Virus record (IMG/VR): IMGVR_UViG_3300035497_000162
Span: 1 to 64,000 of that record
Source of the DNA: a virus
Lineage: Duplodnaviria; Caudoviricetes
Reading direction: 5' to 3' (one strand)
DNA: 64,000 bases
The translations under genes and the position numbers were made by a program. Within the stretch, counting starts at the first letter, position 1, and the number at the start of each line of letters is the position of its first letter. The notes below the pieces were generated by a model. That model did no database searches, was not told the origin of the DNA, and saw nothing but the letters and a program-made list of their open reading frames with translations. Positions 1-10,296 of the stretch are shown piece by piece.

Positions 1-111
1 TCTAATGGAACTTTATACTCACAAAGTATAACTTTAGATACTAATGTTAAAAATCTACTATCAGATGATGATATTCAGATTTTTACCGATAAAGGTTGGA
101 CTTTAAGTTAA
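1..111 (+). CDS. 3' end of a BspA/DUF285-like protein paralog (truncated by window)
   Basis: Nt 1-127 are identical to 1168-1294, the C-terminus, stop and RBS region of the next gene. Confidence 0.75.
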   Translation, partial: SNGTLYSQSITLDTNVKNLLSDDDIQIFTDKGWTLS

Positions 112-141
112 AATTTTTAGAAAGGAGGATGATTTTATACT

Positions 142-1278
142 ATGTCAAATAGAGATGAAATAAATAATTTAAATAAAAAACTAGAAAATAATAATACTGA
201 ACTTGATACTTTGATAGAGAAAGCTAAAAATTTACCGGTATATTTAGATACTTCGGACGCCAACGCTACTATTGAAGATATAGTACAAGGTAAAACCGCT
301 TATGTTAATGGAGAAAAAATAGAAGGTACTTTAGATACATCTTCTATAGGAGGGAAAATACCTTTATTAGATGGAATAAAATTTAGTCTTTCTACAGTTA
401 CAGATATATCAGAATTTTTTTCTAATTTAGATACCTCTAATGTTACCAATATGTCTAATATGTTTTATAATTGTACTAATTTAAAAAATATACCTAATTT
501 AGATACCTCTAATGTTACTAATATAGACCGTATGTTTTATAATTGTACTAATTTAACTACTGCGTCTAACTTAAATTTTGGAAATGTAAAAAGTATGTCA
601 AGTTATGTGTTTTATAATTGTACTAATTTAACTACTGTGTCTAACTTAAATTTTGGAAGTTCAAACACTGTATATCAATCGTTTATCTACTGTACTAACT
701 TAATTACTGTATCTAATTTAGATGTTAGTAATGTTTCTTCATTAAGAAGTTTATTTTATAGATGCACTAGTTTAGTTAATGCTCCAGTTTTAAATATAAC
801 AAATGTTACCGATATGTCTAATATGTTTTACTTCTGTTCTAATTTAAAAAATATACCTGAGTATGATTTTAGAAATTCTAAAGTTACCGATATTAGTAAT
901 ATGTTTTCATATTGTACTAATTTAACTGATGTTCCTAATTTATACACTGATAATATTAGTTCAGTTGAAAATACATTTTCAGTTTGTTTTAATTTAACTA
1001 ATTTAGGAAGGTTAGAAAATTTAGGTAAGTCATATCGTTGGCCAAGTACGAATTATAGGACTTATTGTTTAAACTTATCCGCATCTGCAAATTTAACATA
1101 TAATAGTGTAATGAATATAGCAGATAGTATATATAATTTATATAATAATCCTAATATGTATAACTCATCTAATGGAACTTTATACTCACAAAGTATAACT
1201 TTAGATACTAATGTTAAAAATCTACTATCAGATGATGATATTCAGATTTTTACCGATAAAGGTTGGACTTTAAGTTAA
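142..1278 (+). CDS. BspA/DUF285-like leucine-rich-repeat protein, probable receptor-binding/adhesin
   Basis: Repeats of LDTSNVTNMSNMFYNCTNL; N-terminal DANAT.EDI..GKTAYVNGEKI.GT tail-fibre-type motif; C-terminal KGWTLS. Confidence 0.75.
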   Translation: MSNRDEINNLNKKLENNNTELDTLIEKAKNLPVYLDTSDANATIEDIVQGKTAYVNGEKIEGTLDTSSIGGKIPLLDGIKFSLSTVTDISEFFSNLDTSNVTNMSNMFYNCTNLKNIPNLDTSNVTNIDRMFYNCTNLTTASNLNFGNVKSMSSYVFYNCTNLTTVSNLNFGSSNTVYQSFIYCTNLITVSNLDVSNVSSLRSLFYRCTSLVNAPVLNITNVTDMSNMFYFCSNLKNIPEYDFRNSKVTDISNMFSYCTNLTDVPNLYTDNISSVENTFSVCFNLTNLGRLENLGKSYRWPSTNYRTYCLNLSASANLTYNSVMNIADSIYNLYNNPNMYNSSNGTLYSQSITLDTNVKNLLSDDDIQIFTDKGWTLS

Positions 1279-1302
1279 AATTTTTAGAAAGGAGAATAAC
1301 TT

Positions 1303-1539
1303 ATGTGGACTTATGAAGATAATGATACTCTTATAGAAAATATTATAGTAAGGGCTAAATATAAAGATGGAGTACATAAAAATAATACTCTATTACCTGT
1401 AAACGGTTATATGATTCATTTTAAAAATCAAGAAACTCAAGACGAAGAGGGTAACTCTATAGAACCTTCTTATTCAAGTCAAGTGATATTACCTATTGCT
1501 TCTAGTATCTACGATTATGAAGCTGTAAAGATAGATTAA
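1303..1539 (+). CDS. hypothetical protein
   Basis: ORF with AAGGAG RBS. Confidence 0.6.
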   Translation: MWTYEDNDTLIENIIVRAKYKDGVHKNNTLLPVNGYMIHFKNQETQDEEGNSIEPSYSSQVILPIASSIYDYEAVKID

Positions 1540-1560
1540 ATTTTATTATCTCTGAAGCCC

Positions 1561-1635
1561 TAGAATAAAAATATAGACATTTTATTATTAAAGTAATGGA
1601 ATTATATTACTTAATTGTTAAAACTTTTTAAGACT
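1561..1635. repeat. dispersed palindromic intergenic element, partial copy
   Basis: Core AGACATTTTATTATTAAAGTAATGGAATTATATTACTTAAT matches 14378-14459. Confidence 0.7.
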
Positions 1636-1790
1636 ATTTTAATAATTAGTATTTACTTTTTTAATAATTAGTTTTATAATACAAAAAATCTAATTAACAA
1701 TTTTAAACTCTATAATGAAAGTTGATTATCTTATTATTTTATAGAACGATTCAAAGTAATTTTGTAGTAATTTTAAAGGAGGTAATATTT

Positions 1791-2831
1791 ATGATAGATA
1801 TAATAATACCGGCTTATAATAGTCATGATACTATAGTAAGAACTCTAAGCTCTATAGCAATGCAATTAAATAGAGATGAATTAGTAGTAACTATAGTAAA
1901 TGATGGTGGTAAACCTTATTCTAATATAGTAGATATATTTAAACCAATATTAAATATTCAAGAAATAGGGTATGCATCTAATAGGGGTCCTGGATTTGCT
2001 AGACAATATGGTATAGACAATACTAAACAAGATTTTATTACTTTTATAGATGCTGATGATACATTTTATGAAGCTTGTTCATTGAGTTTATTATCTAAAC
2101 CTATGAAAGATACTTCAGCTAAATTTATAATTTCACCTTTTATGCAAATAGGTAAAAACTGTGAACAAGGTATGATGAATGCTAATTTAGTCTGGATATT
2201 TGGTCATATGTATAGAAGGAGTTTTTTAAATGAACATAATATTAGATTTACTAGTACTAGAGCTAACGAGGATGTTGGATTCAATAATATGTGTAATTTA
2301 ATAGCTCAAAATGAAATGGGAGCTGAAGGTGGAAAAGTACTAAGTACACCTACTTATGAATGGCACTATAACGAAGCTAGTATTACTAGAAGAGGTAAAG
2401 ATGAATATGAGTTTGGAATTTGTACTCCAGGATATATTTATAATCTACATCAAGCCTATAATGTAGCTCAAAGAGAAGGAGTATCTCTTAAGGAGATAGC
2501 TCCACATGCTTTAGAAACTGCTTTTAGTTGCTTTATATATTATAATGTAGCTTTAGCTAAAAATGTACCAGAAGAAACTTTAGGAGCTATAGAAGAATTG
2601 AGTAGAAAATTCTATTATGAATATTATAAACAAATACAAGACTATATTTCAAAAGATGAATATAATATAATGTATACTAATTCCTATAATAGCAAAGGAA
2701 ACCATTTACAAGGTATTATATTCAAACAGACTTTAGATAACTTTATAGATTTAATGTTTAGTAAACCTGTAAATAATACTACTTATGAAGAGATAGAAAG
2801 TAAGGTACAAACGATAGCTGAAAATCTATAA
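1791..2831 (+). CDS. glycosyltransferase family 2
   Basis: IIIPAYN, IVNDGG, GPGFARQYG, FIDADD (DxD), ED motif; ATG 1791 follows AGGAGG. Confidence 0.9.
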   Translation: MIDIIIPAYNSHDTIVRTLSSIAMQLNRDELVVTIVNDGGKPYSNIVDIFKPILNIQEIGYASNRGPGFARQYGIDNTKQDFITFIDADDTFYEACSLSLLSKPMKDTSAKFIISPFMQIGKNCEQGMMNANLVWIFGHMYRRSFLNEHNIRFTSTRANEDVGFNNMCNLIAQNEMGAEGGKVLSTPTYEWHYNEASITRRGKDEYEFGICTPGYIYNLHQAYNVAQREGVSLKEIAPHALETAFSCFIYYNVALAKNVPEETLGAIEELSRKFYYEYYKQIQDYISKDEYNIMYTNSYNSKGNHLQGIIFKQTLDNFIDLMFSKPVNNTTYEEIESKVQTIAENL

Positions 2832-2845
2832 GGGGAGGTAAAACT

Positions 2846-3124
2846 ATGACACATCAAGTTCCTTGGTCCGCTAAGCTACTAGATAATTTTATTAAATTAG
2901 GTCTGCTTAATGATGAGGAAGAGTTTGTTATTAGAACTAGAATAAAAGGTTGGTCACAAGTAAAACAAGCTTTAGAATTAGGAGTTAGTACTTCTACTAT
3001 AGCTTTAATATGTAGAAGATTAAAAAATAAATATGATGATTTAGTCATTCAATATCCTGATATATTTCCAGAGAGGAAAAAATCTAAAGCCGAATTAAAA
3101 AGAAATTCTAAAGATCCTAAATAG
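2846..3124 (+). CDS. small HTH DNA-binding protein (LuxR/sigma region 4-like)
   Basis: LNDEEEFVI...GWSQVKQALELGVSTSTI HTH pattern. Confidence 0.65.
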   Translation: MTHQVPWSAKLLDNFIKLGLLNDEEEFVIRTRIKGWSQVKQALELGVSTSTIALICRRLKNKYDDLVIQYPDIFPERKKSKAELKRNSKDPK

Positions 3125-3190
3125 TAGTTGTAATAACTTTACAAAAAATTAATTAAAATAAGATAAATAACTTAAAAATAAATAATAAAA

Positions 3191-3232
3191 AGATGATAAC
3201 AAGATGATAATTTGTTATCATCTTTTTATTTT
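3191..3232 (+). terminator. hairpin followed by T-run (terminator or operator)
   Basis: AGATGATAACAA / TTGTTATCATCT inverted repeat followed by TTTT. Confidence 0.55.
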
Positions 3233-3270
3233 ATAATCTTATCATAAAATAAAAATGGAGGTAATGCTAT

Positions 3271-3462
3271 ATGGAAGATAAGATTTCTAATAAGATAAAT
3301 GATTTTATCGAAAATATCTTAAATAAAGATGAGATTACTTATGATGAATATAAAATACTATGTGATAGAGAATCTAATTATCGAATAAATAGAATGACAG
3401 CTACTTTATCTAATACACTATCTTTAGACCCAAAAACTACTTGTAATTGTAATAAAGAATAA
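3271..3462 (+). CDS. hypothetical protein
   Basis: ORF with GGAGG RBS. Confidence 0.6.
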   Translation: MEDKISNKINDFIENILNKDEITYDEYKILCDRESNYRINRMTATLSNTLSLDPKTTCNCNKE

Positions 3463-4088
3463 TGGAGGTAATTGATATGTATAATCCAATAGATATAAGT
3501 AGAATTGATAGACAAATAGAAGATTTACAGAGGTTAAAAGCTAGTTATCAAAATATGAGTCAACCACCAATAAATAATATAATAGCTACACAACCTGTAC
3601 AACAACCTATAACACCACAACCTATACAAGATACTAGACCTAAATTTGAAGCTAGGTTTACTACTGAAAACCCTTCTGATGTATATGTTCAAAATAAAAC
3701 AGCTTTTATTAATTTAAAGAATAATATTTTAACTATTAAAGAAACAGATGGTGATACTAAAGAATATACTATAGTTCCACCTAAAGATGAGAAAGATATT
3801 CGTATACAACAATTAGAGAATGAAATAAATGTAATTAAAGAGAATTACATGAAACTACAGTCTAATACAATAAATAATTTAAGTAATGTTCAAAGTAATT
3901 TACAGTCTAATCAGATACAACATTCTGACCCTATAATTCAACAACCTATTCAAAGTAATTTTCAACCTGAAACAATTCCACAAGATAATATGCCAAAACC
4001 TATAATTTATAATAATGAAAATAACTATACCATTTCTGAACAACCTACCTTAACTGACAAAATAAAATCTAAATTTAAAAAACAATAA
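3462..4088 (+). CDS. Gln/Pro-rich hypothetical protein (start may be 3477)
   Basis: ORF; GGAGG precedes ATG 3477. Confidence 0.65.
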   Translation: MEVIDMYNPIDISRIDRQIEDLQRLKASYQNMSQPPINNIIATQPVQQPITPQPIQDTRPKFEARFTTENPSDVYVQNKTAFINLKNNILTIKETDGDTKEYTIVPPKDEKDIRIQQLENEINVIKENYMKLQSNTINNLSNVQSNLQSNQIQHSDPIIQQPIQSNFQPETIPQDNMPKPIIYNNENNYTISEQPTLTDKIKSKFKKQ

Positions 4089-4103
4089 AAGGAGGTAATA
4101 ATT

Positions 4104-4316
4104 ATGGATTTACAAAGTTTAATAAATCAATTATCTGTTAGTAAAAACCCTTTAAACATGTTAATGGGTTTATTCCCTAATCAAAAAAATATCTTATCTA
4201 GTATATCTAATGCTGGTACAGATGAACAAAAGGCTCAAATATTAGCTGATTTATGTAATAAAAATGGTATTACTAAACAACAGCTAGAGCAAGAGCTAAG
4301 ACAAAGAGGTTTCTAA
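4104..4316 (+). CDS. hypothetical protein
   Basis: ORF with AGGAGG RBS. Confidence 0.65.
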   Translation: MDLQSLINQLSVSKNPLNMLMGLFPNQKNILSSISNAGTDEQKAQILADLCNKNGITKQQLEQELRQRGF

Positions 4317-4454
4317 GGAGCTATAGCTCCTTAGAGAATTTATAAAAGTATATTAAGTATAATTAGTATATTTCTATAAGTTCCTTATACCTATTAATTT
4401 AAGTGCACCAGATATAAGCGAATTTAAAAATAATATTAAATAGGAGGTATTGCT

Positions 4455-5222
4455 ATGGGAGAAGGATTAAGTGCTGGAGATATATTAGCCCTTACTAAAA
4501 ATAGTAATAGTGGAGACTGTAATGGAATGGCTGGGAGTTATTTTTGGTGGGTTATTATTTTCTTCATAATTGCTGGAGTATTTGGAGGTGGTAACTTATT
4601 CGGTAACAATAATAATGGAACTGAAGCTGCTGTATTAGCTAGTGCAATGAATGGAAACAATAGTCGTGCTGGTTTAGCTTTAGGAGAAGAGTTTATCACT
4701 AGAGATATATTTAGTACAAATCAAAATGTGTCTGATACAGGTAACCAGACTCAAAGAGATATATTAGAAAGTCGTTATACAAATCAATTAGGACTACAAC
4801 AATTACAGTCTAGTATGCAAGAGTGTTGCTGCTCAACTAAACAACAAGTAATGCAAAATAATTATGATAATGCTATAGGACAAGCTAATATAACTAAGGA
4901 TATGTTACTAGGACAAGCTAATAATCAAAAGGATATATTATTAGGAAATAAAGATATTCAAGCTCAATTAGCTCAATGTTGCTGCGATATTAAAACTACC
5001 GTAAAAGATGAAAATGCCATGACTAGAGATTTAATACAACAAAACTATATTTCAGAATTATCTGATAAGTTAAATGTTGCTAGATCTCAAATATCTAATT
5101 TTGAACAATCTCAATATCTATTAAATACTATTGGAAGATATAATGTAGTTAGTGTACCACCTTATGGATCTTATAATCCATATTTTGGTAACCAATACTA
5201 TGGAGTATCTAGTATAGCTTAA
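4455..5222 (+). CDS. membrane-anchored coiled-coil protein with CCC motifs
   Basis: WWVIIFFIIAGVFGG TM segment, Gly/Asn-rich linker, two Q.CCC motifs. Confidence 0.65.
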   Translation: MGEGLSAGDILALTKNSNSGDCNGMAGSYFWWVIIFFIIAGVFGGGNLFGNNNNGTEAAVLASAMNGNNSRAGLALGEEFITRDIFSTNQNVSDTGNQTQRDILESRYTNQLGLQQLQSSMQECCCSTKQQVMQNNYDNAIGQANITKDMLLGQANNQKDILLGNKDIQAQLAQCCCDIKTTVKDENAMTRDLIQQNYISELSDKLNVARSQISNFEQSQYLLNTIGRYNVVSVPPYGSYNPYFGNQYYGVSSIA

Positions 5223-5241
5223 TGAGAAAGGAAGGATTTAT

Positions 5242-5664
5242 ATGTTAAGAGCTTATTCTAAAAATATAACTGGTACTGCTAATACTGGAATAGAATTTGA
5301 TACTAATAAAATTTTAACTAATACTAGTGTTACTCACACTGAAGGTTCTGCTAATATAGTAGTTAGAACTCCTGGATATTATGCAGTTACTGTAAGTTCA
5401 TCTTTTAAAGCAGCTACTACTTCTACTACAGAAGATACTCAAGCTACTAGTACTGATATAAGTTTACAACTATTTGCTAATGGAATAGCTATACCAGATG
5501 CATTGGCTTCTGATACAGTTAGTAGCAATGTTGAATCAATATCATTTAGTACTATAATAAAAGCTACTCCTGGAACTTTTGGAAGTAACGTAACACTAAC
5601 TGTAGTACCTACAGCAGATATAGATATTAGCAACATTGCTATAGGTATTAATAGAATAGCTTAA
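5242..5664 (+). CDS. beta-sandwich protein (BclA C-terminal-like)
   Basis: PGYYAVTVS and LQLFANGIAIPDA pattern. Confidence 0.45.
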   Translation: MLRAYSKNITGTANTGIEFDTNKILTNTSVTHTEGSANIVVRTPGYYAVTVSSSFKAATTSTTEDTQATSTDISLQLFANGIAIPDALASDTVSSNVESISFSTIIKATPGTFGSNVTLTVVPTADIDISNIAIGINRIA

Positions 5665-5682
5665 TTGAAAGGAGATATTAAA

Positions 5683-6108
5683 ATGGATTTTTTAAATAAA
5701 GTAAGCAGAGAAGATCTAGAAGAGATGATAGAGTCTCTTATGGAAGATATAGAATCAGATTGTCCTGATCTAGCTAAGAAATATAAAGCTGAATTAGAAG
5801 AATACATCTATTGTATCTCTATGAATCAAGCTCATGAAATAGTACATAAAATGTTACCTTATGGAGAAAAATTTTCTTACGATTTAGTAGAACAATTTCT
5901 AGCTAATAAAGAGCCAGGATTAGAAGAATCAGATATTATAGATTATTATTTAGTAATGAATATGTTTTATAACGATTATAAAGAGTGTTTTGATAAATAT
6001 TCTAACTTAAATCAAAAAGATATTTATTATGATTTCTCAAGGGCATTTATACACGATAAAGATGCTCCAAAATATAAAACAGAAAAATATTTTCTATTAT
6101 TTGGATAA
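5683..6108 (+). CDS. conserved hypothetical protein
   Basis: YYLVMNMFYNDY...AFIHDKDA motif; ATG 5683 follows AAGGAG. Confidence 0.6.
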   Translation: MDFLNKVSREDLEEMIESLMEDIESDCPDLAKKYKAELEEYIYCISMNQAHEIVHKMLPYGEKFSYDLVEQFLANKEPGLEESDIIDYYLVMNMFYNDYKECFDKYSNLNQKDIYYDFSRAFIHDKDAPKYKTEKYFLLFG

Positions 6109-6123
6109 TAAATATATTATTGA

Positions 6124-6156
6124 AAAGGAAGTACATTTACTTGTACTTCCTTTTTA
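6124..6156 (+). terminator. intrinsic terminator
   Basis: AAAAGGAAGTACA / TGTACTTCCTTTT hairpin. Confidence 0.7.
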
Positions 6157-6286
6157 TATATTCTATTAAAGGAGGATAACTATGTATAATAATTTAATAT
6201 TATTTATTACTAAAATCCACCCAAACATATATGACTAGAATATCTAAGTATTATCTATAAATATGAAAATGAAAAGGGGTGATAAT

Positions 6287-7055
6287 ATGATATGGGCAGA
6301 AGCTTTTAAGGAATATTTAGAAATAGGTTTCCTTGGATTATGTGGAGTTTTAGTAATAGTGATGTTTTACAGATTTCTAACTAAGTCTCAAACTGACGAT
6401 ACTAAAAAGGATGAAACTATCAAAGAAAAAGATAAGGTAATAGAAGATAGATTTGACCAAATGATAAATATATTACAAGAATATCAGAAGTCTCAAACTA
6501 AAGATACAGAAGCTTTTATTACTTCTATAGTAAATGGTGTTACTACACATACTACTCCAAGAGATGAAAATAAAAAACTCACTCAAGTAACTGAAAAATT
6601 AAATGATACACTAAAGCAGATGTTAATAGATACTAAAGCTGATAGAGCTTATGTAGTTCAATATCACAATGGTGGTAGAGGTATTAATAAACAATCTTTT
6701 CTAAAGATGTCTATTACTAATGAAGAAGTTCAAATACGGAATTAAACCAATGATAATGGATTTTAAAGACCAATTTAGAAGTGTACTTGCATATTTTAAT
6801 AAAGAGCTAAATCGTAACGGATTTTGTTTTATTGAAAATTCTGAAACTATACAAAATATAGATTCTAGTATGTATGAATTTTTAATAGATAGGAACATTC
6901 AAGCACAATATGGTCTAGCAATACATGATAAGGAAAATATGATTATAGGTTATGTTTGCTTAGACTTTGAAGATCATTCCAAAGCTTCTTTAGAATCAAT
7001 CAAAAAAGTATTTAATGAAAAACAAGAAGTAATAGAAACATTACTTAGTTTATAA
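6287..7055 (+). CDS. holin-like membrane protein with C-terminal GAF-like domain; one gene joined by a +1 shift at CGG 6737-6739
   Basis: N-terminal TM segment; frame 1 ends EEVQI-R-N-stop, skipping C6737 gives EEVQI-GIKPMIMDFKDQF continuing to 7055; lies before the lysin. Confidence 0.6.
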
Positions 7056-7068
7056 AGGAGGTATTATT

Positions 7069-7395
7069 ATGAAATGGATTCAAGAAAATTGGTTACCATT
7101 AACTATTATAATACTAGTTATAGTAATATTTATAGTATATTTAATATACAAATGTAAAAAAAGCAGTCTTAGACAAGTAGCTTTAGATGCTATACTTTTT
7201 GCAGAAAAACATTATGATACTACTTCAGGAAAAGAAAGACTAAATTTAGCAGTAAAATACGTTTATGAATTTTTACCCCTAATAGTTAGAATACTATTAC
7301 CAGTATCTGCTATAGAGTTTCTTCTAAATAAATTAATTCAAAAAACGTTTGATGAAACTAAGTCTTTATTAGATTATCATAAGGAGGTAAAATAA
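7069..7395 (+). CDS. phage holin-like membrane protein
   Basis: N-terminal TM then AEK.Y...SGKERL..AV motif; adjacent to lysin. Confidence 0.65.
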   Translation: MKWIQENWLPLTIIILVIVIFIVYLIYKCKKSSLRQVALDAILFAEKHYDTTSGKERLNLAVKYVYEFLPLIVRILLPVSAIEFLLNKLIQKTFDETKSLLDYHKEVK

Positions 7396-8769
7396 ATGAA
7401 AAAGAATAAAAAATTATGGTTTTTACCATTAGTTATAGTAATTATATTAATATTATTAGTTGGATGCTCTAAAACGTGTCCTGATTCATCTAATACTATA
7501 AATAATGAAGTATTAGATAATAGTACTATAGAAACTACTGAACTTCCTAGTGGAATTACTGAAAATGATGAAACTAACTTAGAACAAGAAGGTTTTGAAG
7601 AAACATCAGATGAATTGATATATGGTACTAAATATGATGATATATCTGGAGATTCTGTAGTAAGTTTATCTAAGTCAGATACTGCTAGTACTAGTTTTGT
7701 ATATTACTCTCAAATAGATAGTAGATGGAAAAATCATTCATATACTATATTAGGAGATAGTTCACAGAATATAGGTAGCTCAGGTTGTGGTCCTACTTCA
7801 GCAGCAATGGTAGTATCTTCATTATCTGGAACTTATGGTCAATATACTATAAATCCAGCAGAAATGGGAGATTTATATGTATCTCATGGTTTTAGAACAG
7901 AAAATAGTGGAACTTATTATAGTGCTTTTCAATGGACCGCTACTTATTTTGGACTTGAGTATAATAGAGTATACTCTGTAGATAGTGCAGTAGAATTAAT
8001 TAAACAAGGATACTGTGTTATAATATCTTGCTCTAGTGGATTATTTACTTACAGCGGTCATTTTATAGTAGCTTATGGTTTAGATGGAAATAATATAAAA
8101 ATATATGACCCATATTTATATAATGGAAAATTTGATACTTCAGCTAGAAAAAATAAAGTAACCATATCCGGTAATACAGTATATTGTAGTATAGATACCT
8201 TTAAAAATTATGCTAGTAGCAAAGCTTATTTTGGATTTAAAGGTACTAATAACATAATAGATAATACTACTAATGATACTACATCAAGTAATACTATTAT
8301 AAAGTATGTAAATACTAATAGTGGTAATCTAAATGTTAGAAGTAATAGTAATACTAGTAGTAAAATAATAAGCAGCTTAACTAAAGGTACTCAAGTAGAA
8401 ATAATAGATACTGTTGGAAATTGGAGTAAAATTTCTAATCCTATATCTGGTTGGGTAAATAATAGTTATTTATCTAGCATTAATCCTATTAATACTTCTA
8501 CTGTTATAACTAAATATACTACTGGAACTTATAAAACTAAATGTAACGTAAAAGTAAGAAGTGGTGCTGGTACTAATTATTTAGCTAGAACTTATTCTCA
8601 ATTAACTTCTAATGCTAGACAACAAAATAAAACTTTAGGTAATTACTATTACAATGGTTATTTAAAAGGTGTTAAATTTACTGTAACTAAAATAGTAAAA
8701 GTAGGTAATTATTATTGGGGTAAATGTGCTTCAGGTTACGTTAGATTAGATAATTGTACTAAATTATAA
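7396..8769 (+). CDS. cell-wall hydrolase/endolysin: signal peptide with lipobox, peptidase C39-like domain, SH3b domains
   Basis: LLVGC lipobox; YYSQ.D..W, GCGPTSAAM, GHFIV, IYDP; LNVRS...GWV SH3b. Confidence 0.8.
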   Translation: MKKNKKLWFLPLVIVIILILLVGCSKTCPDSSNTINNEVLDNSTIETTELPSGITENDETNLEQEGFEETSDELIYGTKYDDISGDSVVSLSKSDTASTSFVYYSQIDSRWKNHSYTILGDSSQNIGSSGCGPTSAAMVVSSLSGTYGQYTINPAEMGDLYVSHGFRTENSGTYYSAFQWTATYFGLEYNRVYSVDSAVELIKQGYCVIISCSSGLFTYSGHFIVAYGLDGNNIKIYDPYLYNGKFDTSARKNKVTISGNTVYCSIDTFKNYASSKAYFGFKGTNNIIDNTTNDTTSSNTIIKYVNTNSGNLNVRSNSNTSSKIISSLTKGTQVEIIDTVGNWSKISNPISGWVNNSYLSSINPINTSTVITKYTTGTYKTKCNVKVRSGAGTNYLARTYSQLTSNARQQNKTLGNYYYNGYLKGVKFTVTKIVKVGNYYWGKCASGYVRLDNCTKL

Positions 8770-8781
8770 GGAGATTAAAAT

Positions 8782-8952
8782 ATGAATATTAAAGTTAATG
8801 ATGATAAAATAATACTTAATACTAATATAGAAGATTCTAATAAAGAAGAAATTCTAAATTTTATCGAAAATTCTAAAAATAGAAAAGCTGATATTGTACC
8901 TACCTATAATATAGAAGGTGAAATTTCAGGTTTAATTCTAAAACTATCATAA
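8782..8952 (+). CDS. small protein resembling the N-terminus of 9115-9837
   Basis: Not in ORF track; MNIKVNDDKIILN...GEISGLILKLS resembles MNAEIKSSNRILIN...GDFGGILLNI; AAGGAG RBS. Confidence 0.5.
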   Translation: MNIKVNDDKIILNTNIEDSNKEEILNFIENSKNRKADIVPTYNIEGEISGLILKLS

Positions 8953-9096
8953 TTGTAAAAAAGGTTACAGAATAAGAAACTTAGCAATTATGAAATTATA
9001 ATTTTAAGACTTTGCTTACAGAATAATAAAGTTCAAAAATTTAGTAATTCTAAAACTATCATAATTGTAAAAAAGGTTACAGAATAAGAAACTTAG
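8933..9096. repeat. 52-bp direct repeat (8933-8984, 9045-9096) with a degenerate middle copy
   Basis: TAATTCTAAAACTATCATAATTGTAAAAAAGGTTACAGAATAAGAAACTTAG twice, 112 bp apart. Confidence 0.85.
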
Positions 9097-9114
9097 AAAG
9101 GAGAAATTAATATT

Positions 9115-9837
9115 ATGAACGCAGAAATAAAATCTAGTAATAGAATATTAATCAATAGATTAGATGAATCAGAAAAAATATTACTATCTGAAATTTATAA
9201 TAAATATGAAGAATTAAATTCTACAGTAAATGTTACATCTATTATAGACGATGATGGTGACTTTGGAGGTATTTTACTTAATATAGTAGATGGAGATAAA
9301 AAAGATATAGATGTACTTATACCAACAGAAGTATACCTAAATATAGGTGATTATACAACTATAGAAGTTAATACTAATGTAAAAGATAATAATATTACTA
9401 TATTATCTTATATAAATAATAATAATCAAGTAAATGTAAATATTGAAAATAATCTTATTAATATAGCTCCTATAGAAAATCAAGATATTGGAAAAGTTAC
9501 TTTACAATATATAATAACTGCTGATGAGTATAAAGACTATAAAGGTACTTTAATAATTAATATAGTACCAAATGATAAAGCTAAAGTAATTCTAGAAGCT
9601 ATAGATGAAGATACTTCTGATAAAGTAGAAGCATCATTCACAGTAGAAGATAAAGATAATACTATTATAATACCTAATGAAGATAATACTTATGATTTAG
9701 AAATAGGTACTTATACTATTAAAACTACTTCTAAAGATGCTTTACATACTAATAATATAACTTCAATTGAAATAATTTCAGATGATTTATCTAAGTCTAG
9801 TATTACTAAAACCATTACTTTATCTACAATATTATAA
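9115..9837 (+). CDS. Ig-like/beta-rich hypothetical protein
   Basis: ORF with RBS; YDLEIGTYTI Ig-like motif. Confidence 0.55.
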   Translation: MNAEIKSSNRILINRLDESEKILLSEIYNKYEELNSTVNVTSIIDDDGDFGGILLNIVDGDKKDIDVLIPTEVYLNIGDYTTIEVNTNVKDNNITILSYINNNNQVNVNIENNLINIAPIENQDIGKVTLQYIITADEYKDYKGTLIINIVPNDKAKVILEAIDEDTSDKVEASFTVEDKDNTIIIPNEDNTYDLEIGTYTIKTTSKDALHTNNITSIEIISDDLSKSSITKTITLSTIL

Positions 9838-9913
9838 AGCTATCATTTTTAATACTAATATAATAAGACTAGGTATATTAATCCTAGTCTTTTATTTTTA
9901 AGGAGGTATTTGT

Positions 9914-10153
9914 ATGAGAAAAATAGAATTAAAATTTATAGATCCTACTTCTTTCGTTACTATCACTTATATAGATGAAGATGATAACAAATTTACTTTC
10001 TATGCTGAAGAAAAAAATAAATTAGAACCTAATGGTATTATATATAAAGGTAAAAAATATTCAAGTGTTCCAGATTTCCTAAATGATAAAATTAATGATG
10101 TAGAAAATTATATCATATTATATATTAACTCATTAAAATCTTTAAAAATATAA
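9914..10153 (+). CDS. hypothetical protein
   Basis: ORF with AGGAGG RBS. Confidence 0.6.
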   Translation: MRKIELKFIDPTSFVTITYIDEDDNKFTFYAEEKNKLEPNGIIYKGKKYSSVPDFLNDKINDVENYIILYINSLKSLKI

Positions 10154-10296
10154 TTATTTTATTTACATTTTTAAATTATTGTGATATTATTATATAAAAT
10201 ATAAAATTTGATTGATTAGAATGATAATAGAGGTATTTTTATTTTTTAGTTAATTAAATTATATTAATTAAGTAGTAAAGTTTGTAGAAATGGAGT

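Noticed and set aside
1-1294. Diversity-generating retroelement TR/VR pair
   Set aside because: Copies are identical with no adenine-specific differences, and no reverse transcriptase is in the window
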